From assembly GCA_027366125.1 (NCBI GenBank), contig DAHXKZ010000216.1, positions 1 through 47,172 on the forward strand: a DNA stretch of 47,172 nucleotides. The letters run 5' to 3'. The translations under genes were made by a program, and so were the position numbers. Below the pieces are notes generated by a model that had not been told where the DNA came from, made no database searches, and saw nothing but the letters and a program-made list of their open reading frames with translations. Positions 20,201-27,633 of this stretch are shown here, one piece after another. Positions within the stretch are counted from its first letter, which is position 1. Each line of letters opens with the position of its first letter. Origin of the DNA: Phycisphaerales bacterium (lineage in GTDB: Bacteria; Planctomycetota; Phycisphaerae; WQYP01).

Positions 20201-20566
20201 CAAATAAAAATTAACATCTCCGGGGGCGGAAAAATATTCGTTGAGGTCCTGAAAGTTTAACGCCACGCCTGAGACGCTGTTGAAGCTGGTCAATGCGGGC
20301 AACTGCACGGGCGCGAAGTCGATGACTCCGAAGTTGGCATAGGACGACACCGTGGGACTGGCGGAGGTGGATCCGGTGTACAGCCCTTCGGCGGTGAGGC
20401 GCGTTGCGCCGGAATGTACGCCATCGGACCGCACCAGGGAAATGTTGTTAGCGCTGGCCGACACGCTGGTGGCGTGTGCGGCGTGCGGCCGCGCCAGCCC
20501 GGCGAGGACGCCCGCACAGGCGGCGGCGCCAGCCAGGATGCGGGTGGTGGTGGTGGTGGTTTGCAT
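17204..20566 (-). CDS. large Thr/Ser/Asn/Gly-rich PEP-CTERM surface protein with dockerin-like repeats
   Basis: I chose the start at 20566 (GGGAGA upstream; MQTTTTTTRILAGAAACAGVLAGLARPHAAHA). The gene ends in IPEPATLGLLAIGGVALVSRRRKRAC. Two DVN..G.VNVSDVN.IR.NFG repeats lie before the C-terminal module. Confidence 0.8.
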   Translation of the reverse strand: MQTTTTTTRILAGAAACAGVLAGLARPHAAHATSVSASANNISLVRSDGVHSGATRLTAEGLYTGSTSASPTVSSYANFGVIDFAPVQLPALTSFNSVSGVALNFQDLNEYFSAPGDVNFYLTTNTAPLSNIIAYTPSSSPSPTAPNEGLQNQLGSLTGDSNGTLYYLGTGAYAGSGGSNPSTAGTPYTYSTAGNTINNSTAGTDDLSLSLSGAAASYLQQQANSGQDVRVIMTPGAGSAADNFVSADFNGTNTSALTSAGGGQIQLVPPQIQISGATTTTASNSSVLNISASNANINTNKAVEFDYGRVVQGTGITQSVNLSNAGASGATARYYLNDNPTVDANGASASGVAGTNPLAGGAATAISAVFNTANVAAGSSATAGLTVQNNSNANDATAQIKFTAADVVQNRQIGNVEGQNGIDFGNVLVGGSATKSDTLTTTNSPNNAGDFSSTYLTTVTLAANTTINAPTSGKGNLFSAPQGDTSYVTMAAGSTDVQFNSNPTANTATRNFAYTVPGGNVGGAYNEAAYYIGGANFALTQNDAATGAPNNPNGSIYVIGDVYQAASIAATATTNGTGVLVNAAPDANSSVGATDVPNSTTVFSANGGLRDYAVVVNPGSLDAANTQTGWIMDTGFVAGTHILANNDGATNPNVVAANFSAANPLNGTYYASLTGVGLRNGTQPMQNSVDSTALAGTSTTGADLGANNTFALATTVTGNVGIAGTPNTADILANQSYGGYSITRSASDTGSQQTTVSFLGGTASSRNTVGVNFAATPPTTLQVRSDVAGLSGFNANSSGQSGDNYVVQMSYNPRVINGAANSPVLAWYNGSRFASSISGNSSGTPMEFSGAFIPSSAAENQLGAYGVDTINHTVWAVVNHTGQFAVEQRFAGDVNNDGHVNVSDVNIIRTNFGLTNATWSQGAVTGSGTVNVSDVNVIRQNFGQTPSQALATLRSSVQTTSAANTDTSSLVVNTSTGDVRLMLGSTASLSSYEIDSASGSLVTANLHSLASQFSGDGFSSYADKAKSISEATLGNGPTASQTTPGANGQYYIDFGNIFNVHGTRDLSYLAFDNAGNEIDGTTGAGQPAIYIGGTIPEPATLGLLAIGGVALVSRRRKRAC

Positions 20567-20937
20567 GGAAGATCTCCCGAAAAAAAGATTCAAAACGCTT
20601 TCACGCGGCCCGACATCCGGGTCGGCGATGGTTTTGATGGCGCCACCGTACCGGCCGTGCGCAAAGGCCGGATGTGCATGCGGTTAAAAGTTCATTGGAT
20701 TTGCGCGAAGAAAGCGGTAATCGCCGCTGCTTTTGTGTAAATTGTCAGCAAACCTTCCGAAACGTCTTACTTATTAGCCCAGGCCTAACCATTTATTCAC
20801 AGCAACTTAGCGCCCCGCGCCTAGATTAAGCCGTATGGATTGCGGGAAGCGTCGGCCGCCGCAAATTTCGGGGAAGCGTGCAGCCCCGGCGCGGTGGCGG
20901 CCGTCCAGAACCCTCCAGAGCCTTAAGGAGCGATGAC

Positions 20938-21420
20938 ATGATGACAAAGATTCGGGAATTCTTTCGGAGTCGCAATGGTACTGTACTCGCCGTGACGATA
21001 TGCGCCCTGGCCACCCTTGCGGCCGTGCTGGCACTGGGACGGGAAATAGGGCAAAGCGCCGGCGCGGCACGGGCCAATGATCCGGTTTTCATTGACTCGG
21101 TCACGCATAAGATATTTCATTATGAATTAAAAACGGGCGATTCAATTCCCGTGCTTTCCCCGTACACCCACCGCCGCACCGGTTATCCGCCGGAACTTTG
21201 CTTCTGGACCAAGTCCGGCGGCATCTCGCGCAAACCCACCTACGTGCTGGTGAACCAGGATATCGGGAAGCCCGGACCGACGTTTTGCCCCGTGTGCGGC
21301 CGGCTGGTAGTTCCGCACAATCCGCTGCCCATGCCGGGCATGACGCCGCCGCCGACGCGGGCGCAGTATTACGCCATGTTAAAGAAGGAACGCGCGGCGT
21401 CCGGCGCCGCCGGCCAGTAG
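20938..21420 (+). CDS. hypothetical membrane-anchored protein with a CPVCG motif
   Basis: AAGGAG at 20925-20930 lies 7 nt before the ATG. There is an N-terminal TM segment (VLAVTICALATLAAVLALG). I recognise no family. Confidence 0.5.
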   Translation: MMTKIREFFRSRNGTVLAVTICALATLAAVLALGREIGQSAGAARANDPVFIDSVTHKIFHYELKTGDSIPVLSPYTHRRTGYPPELCFWTKSGGISRKPTYVLVNQDIGKPGPTFCPVCGRLVVPHNPLPMPGMTPPPTRAQYYAMLKKERAASGAAGQ

Positions 21421-21459
21421 TCCGTGTTATTAGGAAAACAATTTACAAAGGAGTCAACG

Positions 21460-22548
21460 ATGCGCACATACAACAATTTCAGGACACGACGAAGAGATTT
21501 CGGCGCCTTCACGCTCATTGAGTTGCTTGTGGTCATCAGCATCATCGTGGTGCTCATGGCCCTTCTGCTGCCGACCCTGGCGCAGGCTAAGCGGGCTGCT
21601 CAAAGCGTGGCCTGCGCCGCCAATCTGCACGGCATGGGACAGGCGCTGTTCGAATACGCCGGTGAATGGAACAACGCCATTCCGGGCGGGCCGGCCACTT
21701 CCAGCAGTTTTATATTTAGCGACGTTGGCAACGGCGTGCTGAATTACAACTACAACCCGGCCAACTGTCCGAATGTGTGCGGAAGCTGGGATTTCATGTC
21801 TCCGCTGTCCAATGTTGAAGGCCAGAAGTTTATTCCCCCAGCGACTGCGGATGACCCCCTGGCCGCCAAACCCGCCGACCGCCTAGCGCGCTACTACGCA
21901 TTGCGCAAGGACAAACGCTTCTTTTGCCCCAGCAATTACATCATGTCAGTGCCTCAGCCGGCGTATGACAATCCCGTGCCCACGGTTGGTCCCATGCTTT
22001 CGTACACCCAGACCGCCAACTTCTGCTTTTACGGGGGCGCTGCGCCAAAGGGTGATTCCTACGGCGCCGGCGTGGTGTACAGCCAATATGTACAGGTTCC
22101 GGGATCATACACGCCGCGCATGGATTTGGTCGGACAACCGTCCGAAAAAATCTTTGTCGCGGACGGCGCCGAAGCTTCAAACCCCAAGCACGGGCCTTAC
22201 ACGGAGCTGGACTACATTCAGACCGCGTTCTATTCCTTCGATGCCGACATCGGCGCGTTCGATCAGTACTCCCTGTCATGGAACCGGGACAACGCCCCAG
22301 GGAATGCCGGTGGATATTATTCCGGCCTATTTGACGCGCGCAATTATGCCTTTCGCCATGGAGACGGCCCCGGCGACTTCCGTTTCAACGCCGCGTTCTT
22401 TGATGGCCACGTGGAAAGTATGGACGACTTGACCGGCGCCAATCCAGACCTGTGGTGCCCGCCGGGAACCATTGTGCCCGCCAGCGAGCCCACCAAAGAT
22501 GTTTACCAGAAATATTTCGGCGGCCAGTCAAACTTTGTGTGCCATTAA
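21460..22548 (+). CDS. DUF1559-type protein with a prepilin N-terminal cleavage/methylation motif and a C-terminal H-X9-DG motif
   Basis: AAGGAG at 21448-21453 precedes the ATG. The N-terminus has FTLIELLVVISIIVVLMALLLP. The C-terminus has FRHGDG...FNAAFFDGHVESM. Confidence 0.85.
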   Translation: MRTYNNFRTRRRDFGAFTLIELLVVISIIVVLMALLLPTLAQAKRAAQSVACAANLHGMGQALFEYAGEWNNAIPGGPATSSSFIFSDVGNGVLNYNYNPANCPNVCGSWDFMSPLSNVEGQKFIPPATADDPLAAKPADRLARYYALRKDKRFFCPSNYIMSVPQPAYDNPVPTVGPMLSYTQTANFCFYGGAAPKGDSYGAGVVYSQYVQVPGSYTPRMDLVGQPSEKIFVADGAEASNPKHGPYTELDYIQTAFYSFDADIGAFDQYSLSWNRDNAPGNAGGYYSGLFDARNYAFRHGDGPGDFRFNAAFFDGHVESMDDLTGANPDLWCPPGTIVPASEPTKDVYQKYFGGQSNFVCH

Positions 22549-23571
22549 TCCGGCCCCGGCTTGTCCCGGCAGGCGCAGGCGCCGCCCGAAATAATCGCGC
22601 CAGGTTGCACTGGCGAAGTTCTGAATATCTTCATCAGAAAATCCGGCGTCGGAAAGGGCGGCGGCCAGGCGGGGCAGATGGCGCGGATGCTCAAGTTGCT
22701 CGGGCAGATCATCGGGCGTAAAGCCGCCGTCCATGTCGGAACCCAGGCCGATGCAGTCAAACCGCCCGGCGATGTCGGCCATGTGCTCAATGTGTTTGAC
22801 AACATCGGCGACGGTGGCGCGGCGACCGCGGGCCAGAAATTTCGAATACAAATTAATCCCGATGACGCCGCCGGCCTGAAAAATGGCCTTGATCTGCCCG
22901 TCGGAAAGATGCCGCTCCGGAACGGGGGCGTCGGGCAGCAGGCTGCGGCAATTGCTGTGGGATGCGATCTTGGGGCCCGAAGCGCGCTGCATCACGCTCC
23001 AGAACGCCTTTTCTGAAAGATGCGAAACGTCATGGACCATGTTTAATTTATCAATGGCTAACAGCATGTTTCGCCCGGCAGGCGTTAAATCTTCGCCGGT
23101 GCGGTCGCCACCGGCATATTGGCTTCCGGGCGCCCAGGTCAGGCCGATGATGCGCACGCCGGATTGGTAAAAAAGGCGCAGGTCCTCTTCGTGGCGAATG
23201 CCGGCGGCGCCTTCCAAAAGCAACAGGGCCTGCAGCGGGGCATCGGCCTTCGCGCCGGCAGTTCCGCAAATGCCGATGTGGCCTTCGCTCTGCCATTGTT
23301 GATAAATAGAAATTTGCCGCAGGCATGCGCGGTGGGCCTCTTCAATGTTACCATAGCACCAATCGCCGTTGATGCGTTGTTCCAACGGGCCATCCAGCAC
23401 GCGGGGCTGCACAAAAATTGTGGCGCAGCACCAACGGATGTTCCCTTCCGCCAGTGCGGGAAATGTCACCGCCGCCGGCTGCGGCCCACCGGCATCTTCG
23501 GTGGGCTTGGTAAAGTCACGGTCAAGTTCGGCCAGACAGGCCATATCCAGATGGGCATCAAACCAGTGCAT
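22528..23571 (-). CDS. M19-family (renal-type) dipeptidase
   Basis: I chose the start at 23571 (MHWFDAHLDMA; GGAGAA upstream). Motifs are HDVSHLS, ASHSNCR and GLGSDMDGG. The 58-codon upstream extension in the ORF track lacks similarity and is Arg-rich. Confidence 0.75.
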   Translation of the reverse strand: MHWFDAHLDMACLAELDRDFTKPTEDAGGPQPAAVTFPALAEGNIRWCCATIFVQPRVLDGPLEQRINGDWCYGNIEEAHRACLRQISIYQQWQSEGHIGICGTAGAKADAPLQALLLLEGAAGIRHEEDLRLFYQSGVRIIGLTWAPGSQYAGGDRTGEDLTPAGRNMLLAIDKLNMVHDVSHLSEKAFWSVMQRASGPKIASHSNCRSLLPDAPVPERHLSDGQIKAIFQAGGVIGINLYSKFLARGRRATVADVVKHIEHMADIAGRFDCIGLGSDMDGGFTPDDLPEQLEHPRHLPRLAAALSDAGFSDEDIQNFASATWRDYFGRRLRLPGQAGAGLMAHKV

Positions 23572-23822
23572 GATTTCTCCGGGAACCAACTGCGGGGGCA
23601 AAAACACATTAGAAGCGGCTGGCCCGCGGCAGGCAAACGTGAATGGGGCGGCCGATGCGAAATGCTTTCGGCTCCGTGAGGAGACGCCAGCCCGGCGGTT
23701 ACGCGTTCGGCTCTGACGGGCGACGACGAGCTGGCGTTTGGACATTGGTGACGCGCTTTCGTTGATGCTCCAGGCCGGGTACAGTATGCGTCAAGCTAAA
23801 CGTTTTGTTTTTAAGGAATGCC

Positions 23823-24128
23823 ATGAAGAACTCGCAGAAGATTTCCACCGCCGCCTCGTTGTTCGCCGCCGCCGCACTCACGGGCATGCTCGCCGGCGCC
23901 GCGAACGCGTCCGGCACAGGGCCGGTGCGGGAAGGTGGCTTTGGCGCCAGCCGCGCCATCGCAGGCACATTGGTCTCGGGCAGCGGACTGTTTAAGGCCG
24001 CGCACCTGTGCAAAGGCAAGAACTCCTGCAAGGGCAAAGGTGGTTGCAAAACGGCGACCCACAGTTGCGTGGGCAAGAATTCCTGTCAGGGCAAAGGCGG
24101 CTGCAACACCACGATGCCCAAAGCCTGA
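23823..24128 (+). CDS. Sec-signal-peptide, 6-Cys RiPP precursor candidate (bufferin-like Cys-rich peptide)
   Basis: AAGGAA at 23813-23818 precedes the ATG. The signal peptide is MKNSQKISTAASLFAAAALTGMLAGAANA. The core holds two repeats, CKGKNSCKGKGGCKT and CVGKNSCQGKGGCNT. The gene lies immediately upstream of DUF692 and DUF2063 genes. Confidence 0.75.
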   Translation: MKNSQKISTAASLFAAAALTGMLAGAANASGTGPVREGGFGASRAIAGTLVSGSGLFKAAHLCKGKNSCKGKGGCKTATHSCVGKNSCQGKGGCNTTMPKA

Positions 24129-24170
24129 ACGCCCGTCGGAAGAATGGGCAAAATGTAAATGGCGATCAAT

Positions 24171-24201
24171 GGGGCGGGATTCCATGTTCCCGCCCCTTTT
24201 T
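24171..24201 (+). terminator. intrinsic terminator/attenuator between the precursor and maturase genes
   Basis: A 9-bp GC-rich stem, GGGGCGGGA (24171-24179) pairing with TCCCGCCCC (24188-24196), has an 8-nt loop and is followed by TTTTT (24197-24201). It ends 15 nt before the DUF692 ATG. Confidence 0.7.
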
Positions 24202-24215
24202 CCGTTGGAGTTGCC

Positions 24216-25088
24216 ATGCCAGCCAACCGCCACAATGGCTTTACCAATCTTGGCATTGGCATAGGATTGCGCGTTCCGCATTACGAGCATATTCTTAATA
24301 ATAAACCTGCGGTGGATTGGTTCGAGATTATCTCCGAGAACTACCTGGTCGACGGCGGCCGCCCCCTTGAAGTACTCGACGACATTCTGGCCCAGTACCG
24401 CGTCGTGCAGCATGGCGTGGCGGCCTACTTTGGTTCGGCCGACCCGCTGAACCGCGAACATTTGCGGCGACTTAAGGCGTTGGTAAAGCGCACGAAGACG
24501 CCATTTCTGTCGGATCATCTCTGCTGGGGCAGCGTTGATGGCACGTATTCGCATGACCTGCTGCCCATGCCATATACGTTCGCCGCCGCGCGGGTGGCGG
24601 CGCGGCATATCCGCGAGGCTCGCGATTTTTTAGAAACGCCGATCATTGTGGAAAACGTCAGCAGTTATGCGGAATTTCATGCGTCAGAAATGACCGAGTG
24701 GGAATTTTTATCCGAAGTGGTCCACCTCGCTGATTGCGGCATTTTGCTTGATGTCAATAACATCTATGTGTCTTCACGCAATCATGGCTTTGACGCCTAT
24801 GACTACATCAACGGCATTGATCCCGAAAGAGTGGGCCAGATACACATTGCCGGGCACAGCAAATTTAAGAAGTACATTCTTGATACGCATGATCATCCGG
24901 TGCTGGACCCGGTGTGGAAATTGTACGCGCATGCCGTGGCCCTGGCGGGTGAAACCTCAACGCTGCTGGAATGGGACGCCCGTATTCCCTCGTTTGAGGA
25001 AGTACACCATGAAGCGCTGAAGGCAAATCGGTTTGCCAGCGCTCTGTGCCGGGCGGCGTCGGGAGGGCGTCATGCGGCGCAACGCTGA
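24216..25088 (+). CDS. DUF692 / MNIO (multinuclear non-heme iron oxidative) family RiPP-modifying enzyme
   Basis: GGAG at 24207-24210 precedes the ATG. Motifs are GIGIGLRVPHYEHIL, DWFEIISENY, QHGVAAYFGS, FLSDHLCW, DLLPMPYT, ENVSSY and LDVNNIYV. Confidence 0.85.
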   Translation: MPANRHNGFTNLGIGIGLRVPHYEHILNNKPAVDWFEIISENYLVDGGRPLEVLDDILAQYRVVQHGVAAYFGSADPLNREHLRRLKALVKRTKTPFLSDHLCWGSVDGTYSHDLLPMPYTFAAARVAARHIREARDFLETPIIVENVSSYAEFHASEMTEWEFLSEVVHLADCGILLDVNNIYVSSRNHGFDAYDYINGIDPERVGQIHIAGHSKFKKYILDTHDHPVLDPVWKLYAHAVALAGETSTLLEWDARIPSFEEVHHEALKANRFASALCRAASGGRHAAQR

Positions 25089-26055
25089 AGCGTCCACATC
25101 CGATGAATTTATGCCAAAAAAATCCGCCGGAAAGCCGCCGGCCCGGGTTCCTGTGGCGCCCGGCGCGCCGCCAAAGACGGTACATTCCAGCGAAGAACTT
25201 CGCCAATTGCAGCGCGCCATGCTGGACGCCGTGCGGACGCCGCTAACGTCCGACATGCGCATGAGCAGGCGCGGACCCGCCGGCGGCTCCGCCGCTGCGC
25301 TGGCCGGAAAATTTATCAAACCAAACGACCGCATGAACAGCTTCGAACGCTTGGAAATTTACAACCGCCAATACTGGTTTCGCCTGTTTGACTGCCTGTA
25401 CGATGATTTTCCCGGCTTACGCGCGGTGTTGGGGGAGACGCGGTTCATGGCCATGGCCGAGGCTTATATAACAGAATATCCTTCGCGCACCTTCAGCTTG
25501 CGCGATCTGGGCGGGCGGTTGCCGCGGTTTCTTCAGGAACATCCGGAATGGGCGGGCAAAAGGCAGGCCGTGGCGCTGGATGTGGCGCGGTTGGAATGGG
25601 CGCAGATCACCGCCTTTGACAGCGCCGCCCGGCCGCCGCTGACTGTTGACGATTTGCTGGGCGCCGACGCGGCCCGACTGAAACTGCGTTTGCAGCCATA
25701 CATTTCACTGCTGGCCCTGGCCTATCCTGTGGATGATTTTGTAAACACATTGCAGCCGCGGCAAACGTTGCAAACGGAAGCCGCCGAGGAACCGCGGCGC
25801 CGCACGTCGCGCGGGCCGGCGCGGCTGCCCAAGCCGCGGCCAGAGTTTTTGGCGGTGCATCGTTTTGAAAACCAGGTCTACTTTAAGTCGCTGGAGCAGC
25901 CCGCGTTTGAGCTGCTAAGAAATTTGGACGCCGGACTGACCATTGATGCGTCATGCCGGAAAGTTATCAGCGTGCAGGCGCAGCGGTTGGATTGGGGTTC
26001 CGTGCTGCAGGCATGGTTTGCCAACTGGACGCAACTGGGCTGGTTTTGCCGATAA
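25072..26055 (+). CDS. DUF2063-family partner protein of the MNIO enzyme
   Basis: The ATG at 25072 follows GGGAGGG and overlaps the DUF692 stop, suggesting translational coupling. LEIYNRQYWFRLFDCLYDDFPGLRAVLGETRFMAMAEAYITEYPS matches the DUF2063 N-terminal signature. Confidence 0.72.
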   Translation: MRRNAEASTSDEFMPKKSAGKPPARVPVAPGAPPKTVHSSEELRQLQRAMLDAVRTPLTSDMRMSRRGPAGGSAAALAGKFIKPNDRMNSFERLEIYNRQYWFRLFDCLYDDFPGLRAVLGETRFMAMAEAYITEYPSRTFSLRDLGGRLPRFLQEHPEWAGKRQAVALDVARLEWAQITAFDSAARPPLTVDDLLGADAARLKLRLQPYISLLALAYPVDDFVNTLQPRQTLQTEAAEEPRRRTSRGPARLPKPRPEFLAVHRFENQVYFKSLEQPAFELLRNLDAGLTIDASCRKVISVQAQRLDWGSVLQAWFANWTQLGWFCR

Positions 26056-26085
26056 CCTTCGGAATATTGTCATGTGGGGCGGTTT

Positions 26086-26119
26086 CCGGGAACCGGTCAC
26101 GGCCAAGGCTCCCGGTTTT
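26086..26119 (+). terminator. possible intrinsic terminator after the DUF2063 gene
   Basis: The stem CCGGGAACC / GGCTCCCGG has one mismatch and a 12-nt loop, and is followed by TTTT. Confidence 0.4.
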
Positions 26120-26191
26120 CGGACATGGCAGTTCTTTTGCATCGCGTGTAATCTACCGCGGACTGTGTGGTCACGAAGCATCGAGCCCGGC

Positions 26192-27025
26192 ATGAACATT
26201 GGTCAAACGCCAGCGCCAATTGAACCGGCGCCCCGCACCGCGCGCAGGCGCCAGTTGCTGCTGCGCTGGGTCGCAGTGTTGCTGGCGTTTGTGCTGTTGC
26301 TGGTGCTGGCCCATTTTATTCCCGTGACCGCGGCCACGGACGCTTTTTCGCGCCGGGTGCGCGCCTTTGGTTTTCTGGGGCCGCCACTATTCGGCGCCGC
26401 CTACATCGTGGCCACCATTATATTCATCCCGGCGGCGCCGTTAACCCTGGCGGCGGGCGCCGTGTTTGGCATATGGACTGGCATGGCCATTGTTTCTGCC
26501 GGTTCCACCGTGGCGGCCGCAGCGTCTTTTCTTATTGCGCGGTATCTCGCCCATGGATTTGTGGAACGGCGGGCGGCGAAGAGCCCACGGTTTCGCGCCA
26601 TTGAGCAGGCGATTGCCCAACGCGGCTGGAAGATGATCGCATTGCTGCGCCTGTCGCCGGTGGTTCCGTTCACGCTGACAAATTATTTATTAGGTCTGAC
26701 CGAAATTCAATTCTGGCCCTATGTGCTGGTAACCTGGATCGCCATGCTGCCAGCGACATTTTTGTATATCTATCTTGGTTATGTCGGCAGGGCGGCGGCC
26801 AGCGGCCATCACCGGTCGCCATTCCAATGGACGATGCTCACGGCCAGTCTGGTCGCCACCGTGGCGTTGACCGTTTACATTTCGATCGTGGCCCGGAACG
26901 CGGTGCGGGCGGCGGAAAACGCGCCGGTTCCACCTACGATTTTGGATGCCAACCAGGCGGCTTTCCCGGGCCCCGGCGACAAGGGCAACGGCCAGTCTGC
27001 GCAGGCCTCCGGCGGCGCGGACTAA
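26192..27025 (+). CDS. TVP38/TMEM64 (DedA-related, SNARE-associated) family membrane protein
   Basis: I chose the start at 26192 (MNIGQTPAP...). There are multiple TM helices. Family-typical motifs include PAAPLTLAAGAVFG and LLRLSPVVPFTLTNYLLGLT. Confidence 0.72.
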   Translation: MNIGQTPAPIEPAPRTARRRQLLLRWVAVLLAFVLLLVLAHFIPVTAATDAFSRRVRAFGFLGPPLFGAAYIVATIIFIPAAPLTLAAGAVFGIWTGMAIVSAGSTVAAAASFLIARYLAHGFVERRAAKSPRFRAIEQAIAQRGWKMIALLRLSPVVPFTLTNYLLGLTEIQFWPYVLVTWIAMLPATFLYIYLGYVGRAAASGHHRSPFQWTMLTASLVATVALTVYISIVARNAVRAAENAPVPPTILDANQAAFPGPGDKGNGQSAQASGGAD

Positions 27026-27026
27026 A

Positions 27027-27050
27027 GTGCGAGGGTGCGAGGGTGCGAGG
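27027..27050. repeat. three direct copies of GTGCGAGG
   Basis: GTGCGAGGGTGCGAGGGTGCGAGG reads directly after the TVP38-family stop codon. Confidence 0.85.
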
Positions 27051-27093
27051 GAAAGCTGTTTGCGCCGCGGCGCGGTCATGCTACACTGCGCCT

Positions 27094-27609
27094 ATGAAGA
27101 TCGGAAAAATTGCACATGCCAATGCGGCGCCCATCCCTGATGACAAGGCCCTGGCCATTGCCGCGTATGGCGAATCGGTGGCGGCGTATCGGTATATTAT
27201 TCTTGCCGAGAAGACGCGCCTTCCCATGCTGCATGAGGCATTTGAAGGCATGGCGGCTGAAGAGCGTGGGCACCGTGACCGGCTGCAGGCCATTCTGTCG
27301 CGGCTGGCAACCAACGCTGCGTTTTATTTAACCAACGAAGACAAGAGCGCCGTATGCGTGGGGCCGCGGCTGCTTGATGCGCGGGATGATGCGCATTTTG
27401 ATGAGGCGATGCGGCTGGTGATTGCCAGCGAGAAACGCACCAGCAGCTTTTACCATCGGGCGGCGGCGCGGGCCGCGGATGAGCAGGTCAAGGCCCTGTT
27501 TGAAGAACTTGCCTTGGAGGGACTGGAACACGTTCAGAAACTGCGTGGGCTGTTCAAGGAAATCGGCAAGGACAATCTTGAACCGTGCCCCATGCAGAAC
27601 TTGCGATAG
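27094..27609 (+). CDS. ferritin-like / rubrerythrin-type four-helix-bundle protein (putative)
   Basis: 171-aa product starting MKIGKIAHANA. Helical segments include AAYGESVAAYRYIILAEKT, AAEERGHRDRL, ASEKRTSSFYHRAA and LALEGLEHVQKL, with Glu/His metal-ligand-like positions. No Shine-Dalgarno sequence is present. TACACT lies 6 nt upstream of the ATG. Confidence 0.55.
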   Translation: MKIGKIAHANAAPIPDDKALAIAAYGESVAAYRYIILAEKTRLPMLHEAFEGMAAEERGHRDRLQAILSRLATNAAFYLTNEDKSAVCVGPRLLDARDDAHFDEAMRLVIASEKRTSSFYHRAAARAADEQVKALFEELALEGLEHVQKLRGLFKEIGKDNLEPCPMQNLR

Positions 27610-27633
27610 ACATGGAAGCCGACGCCCGCGAGC

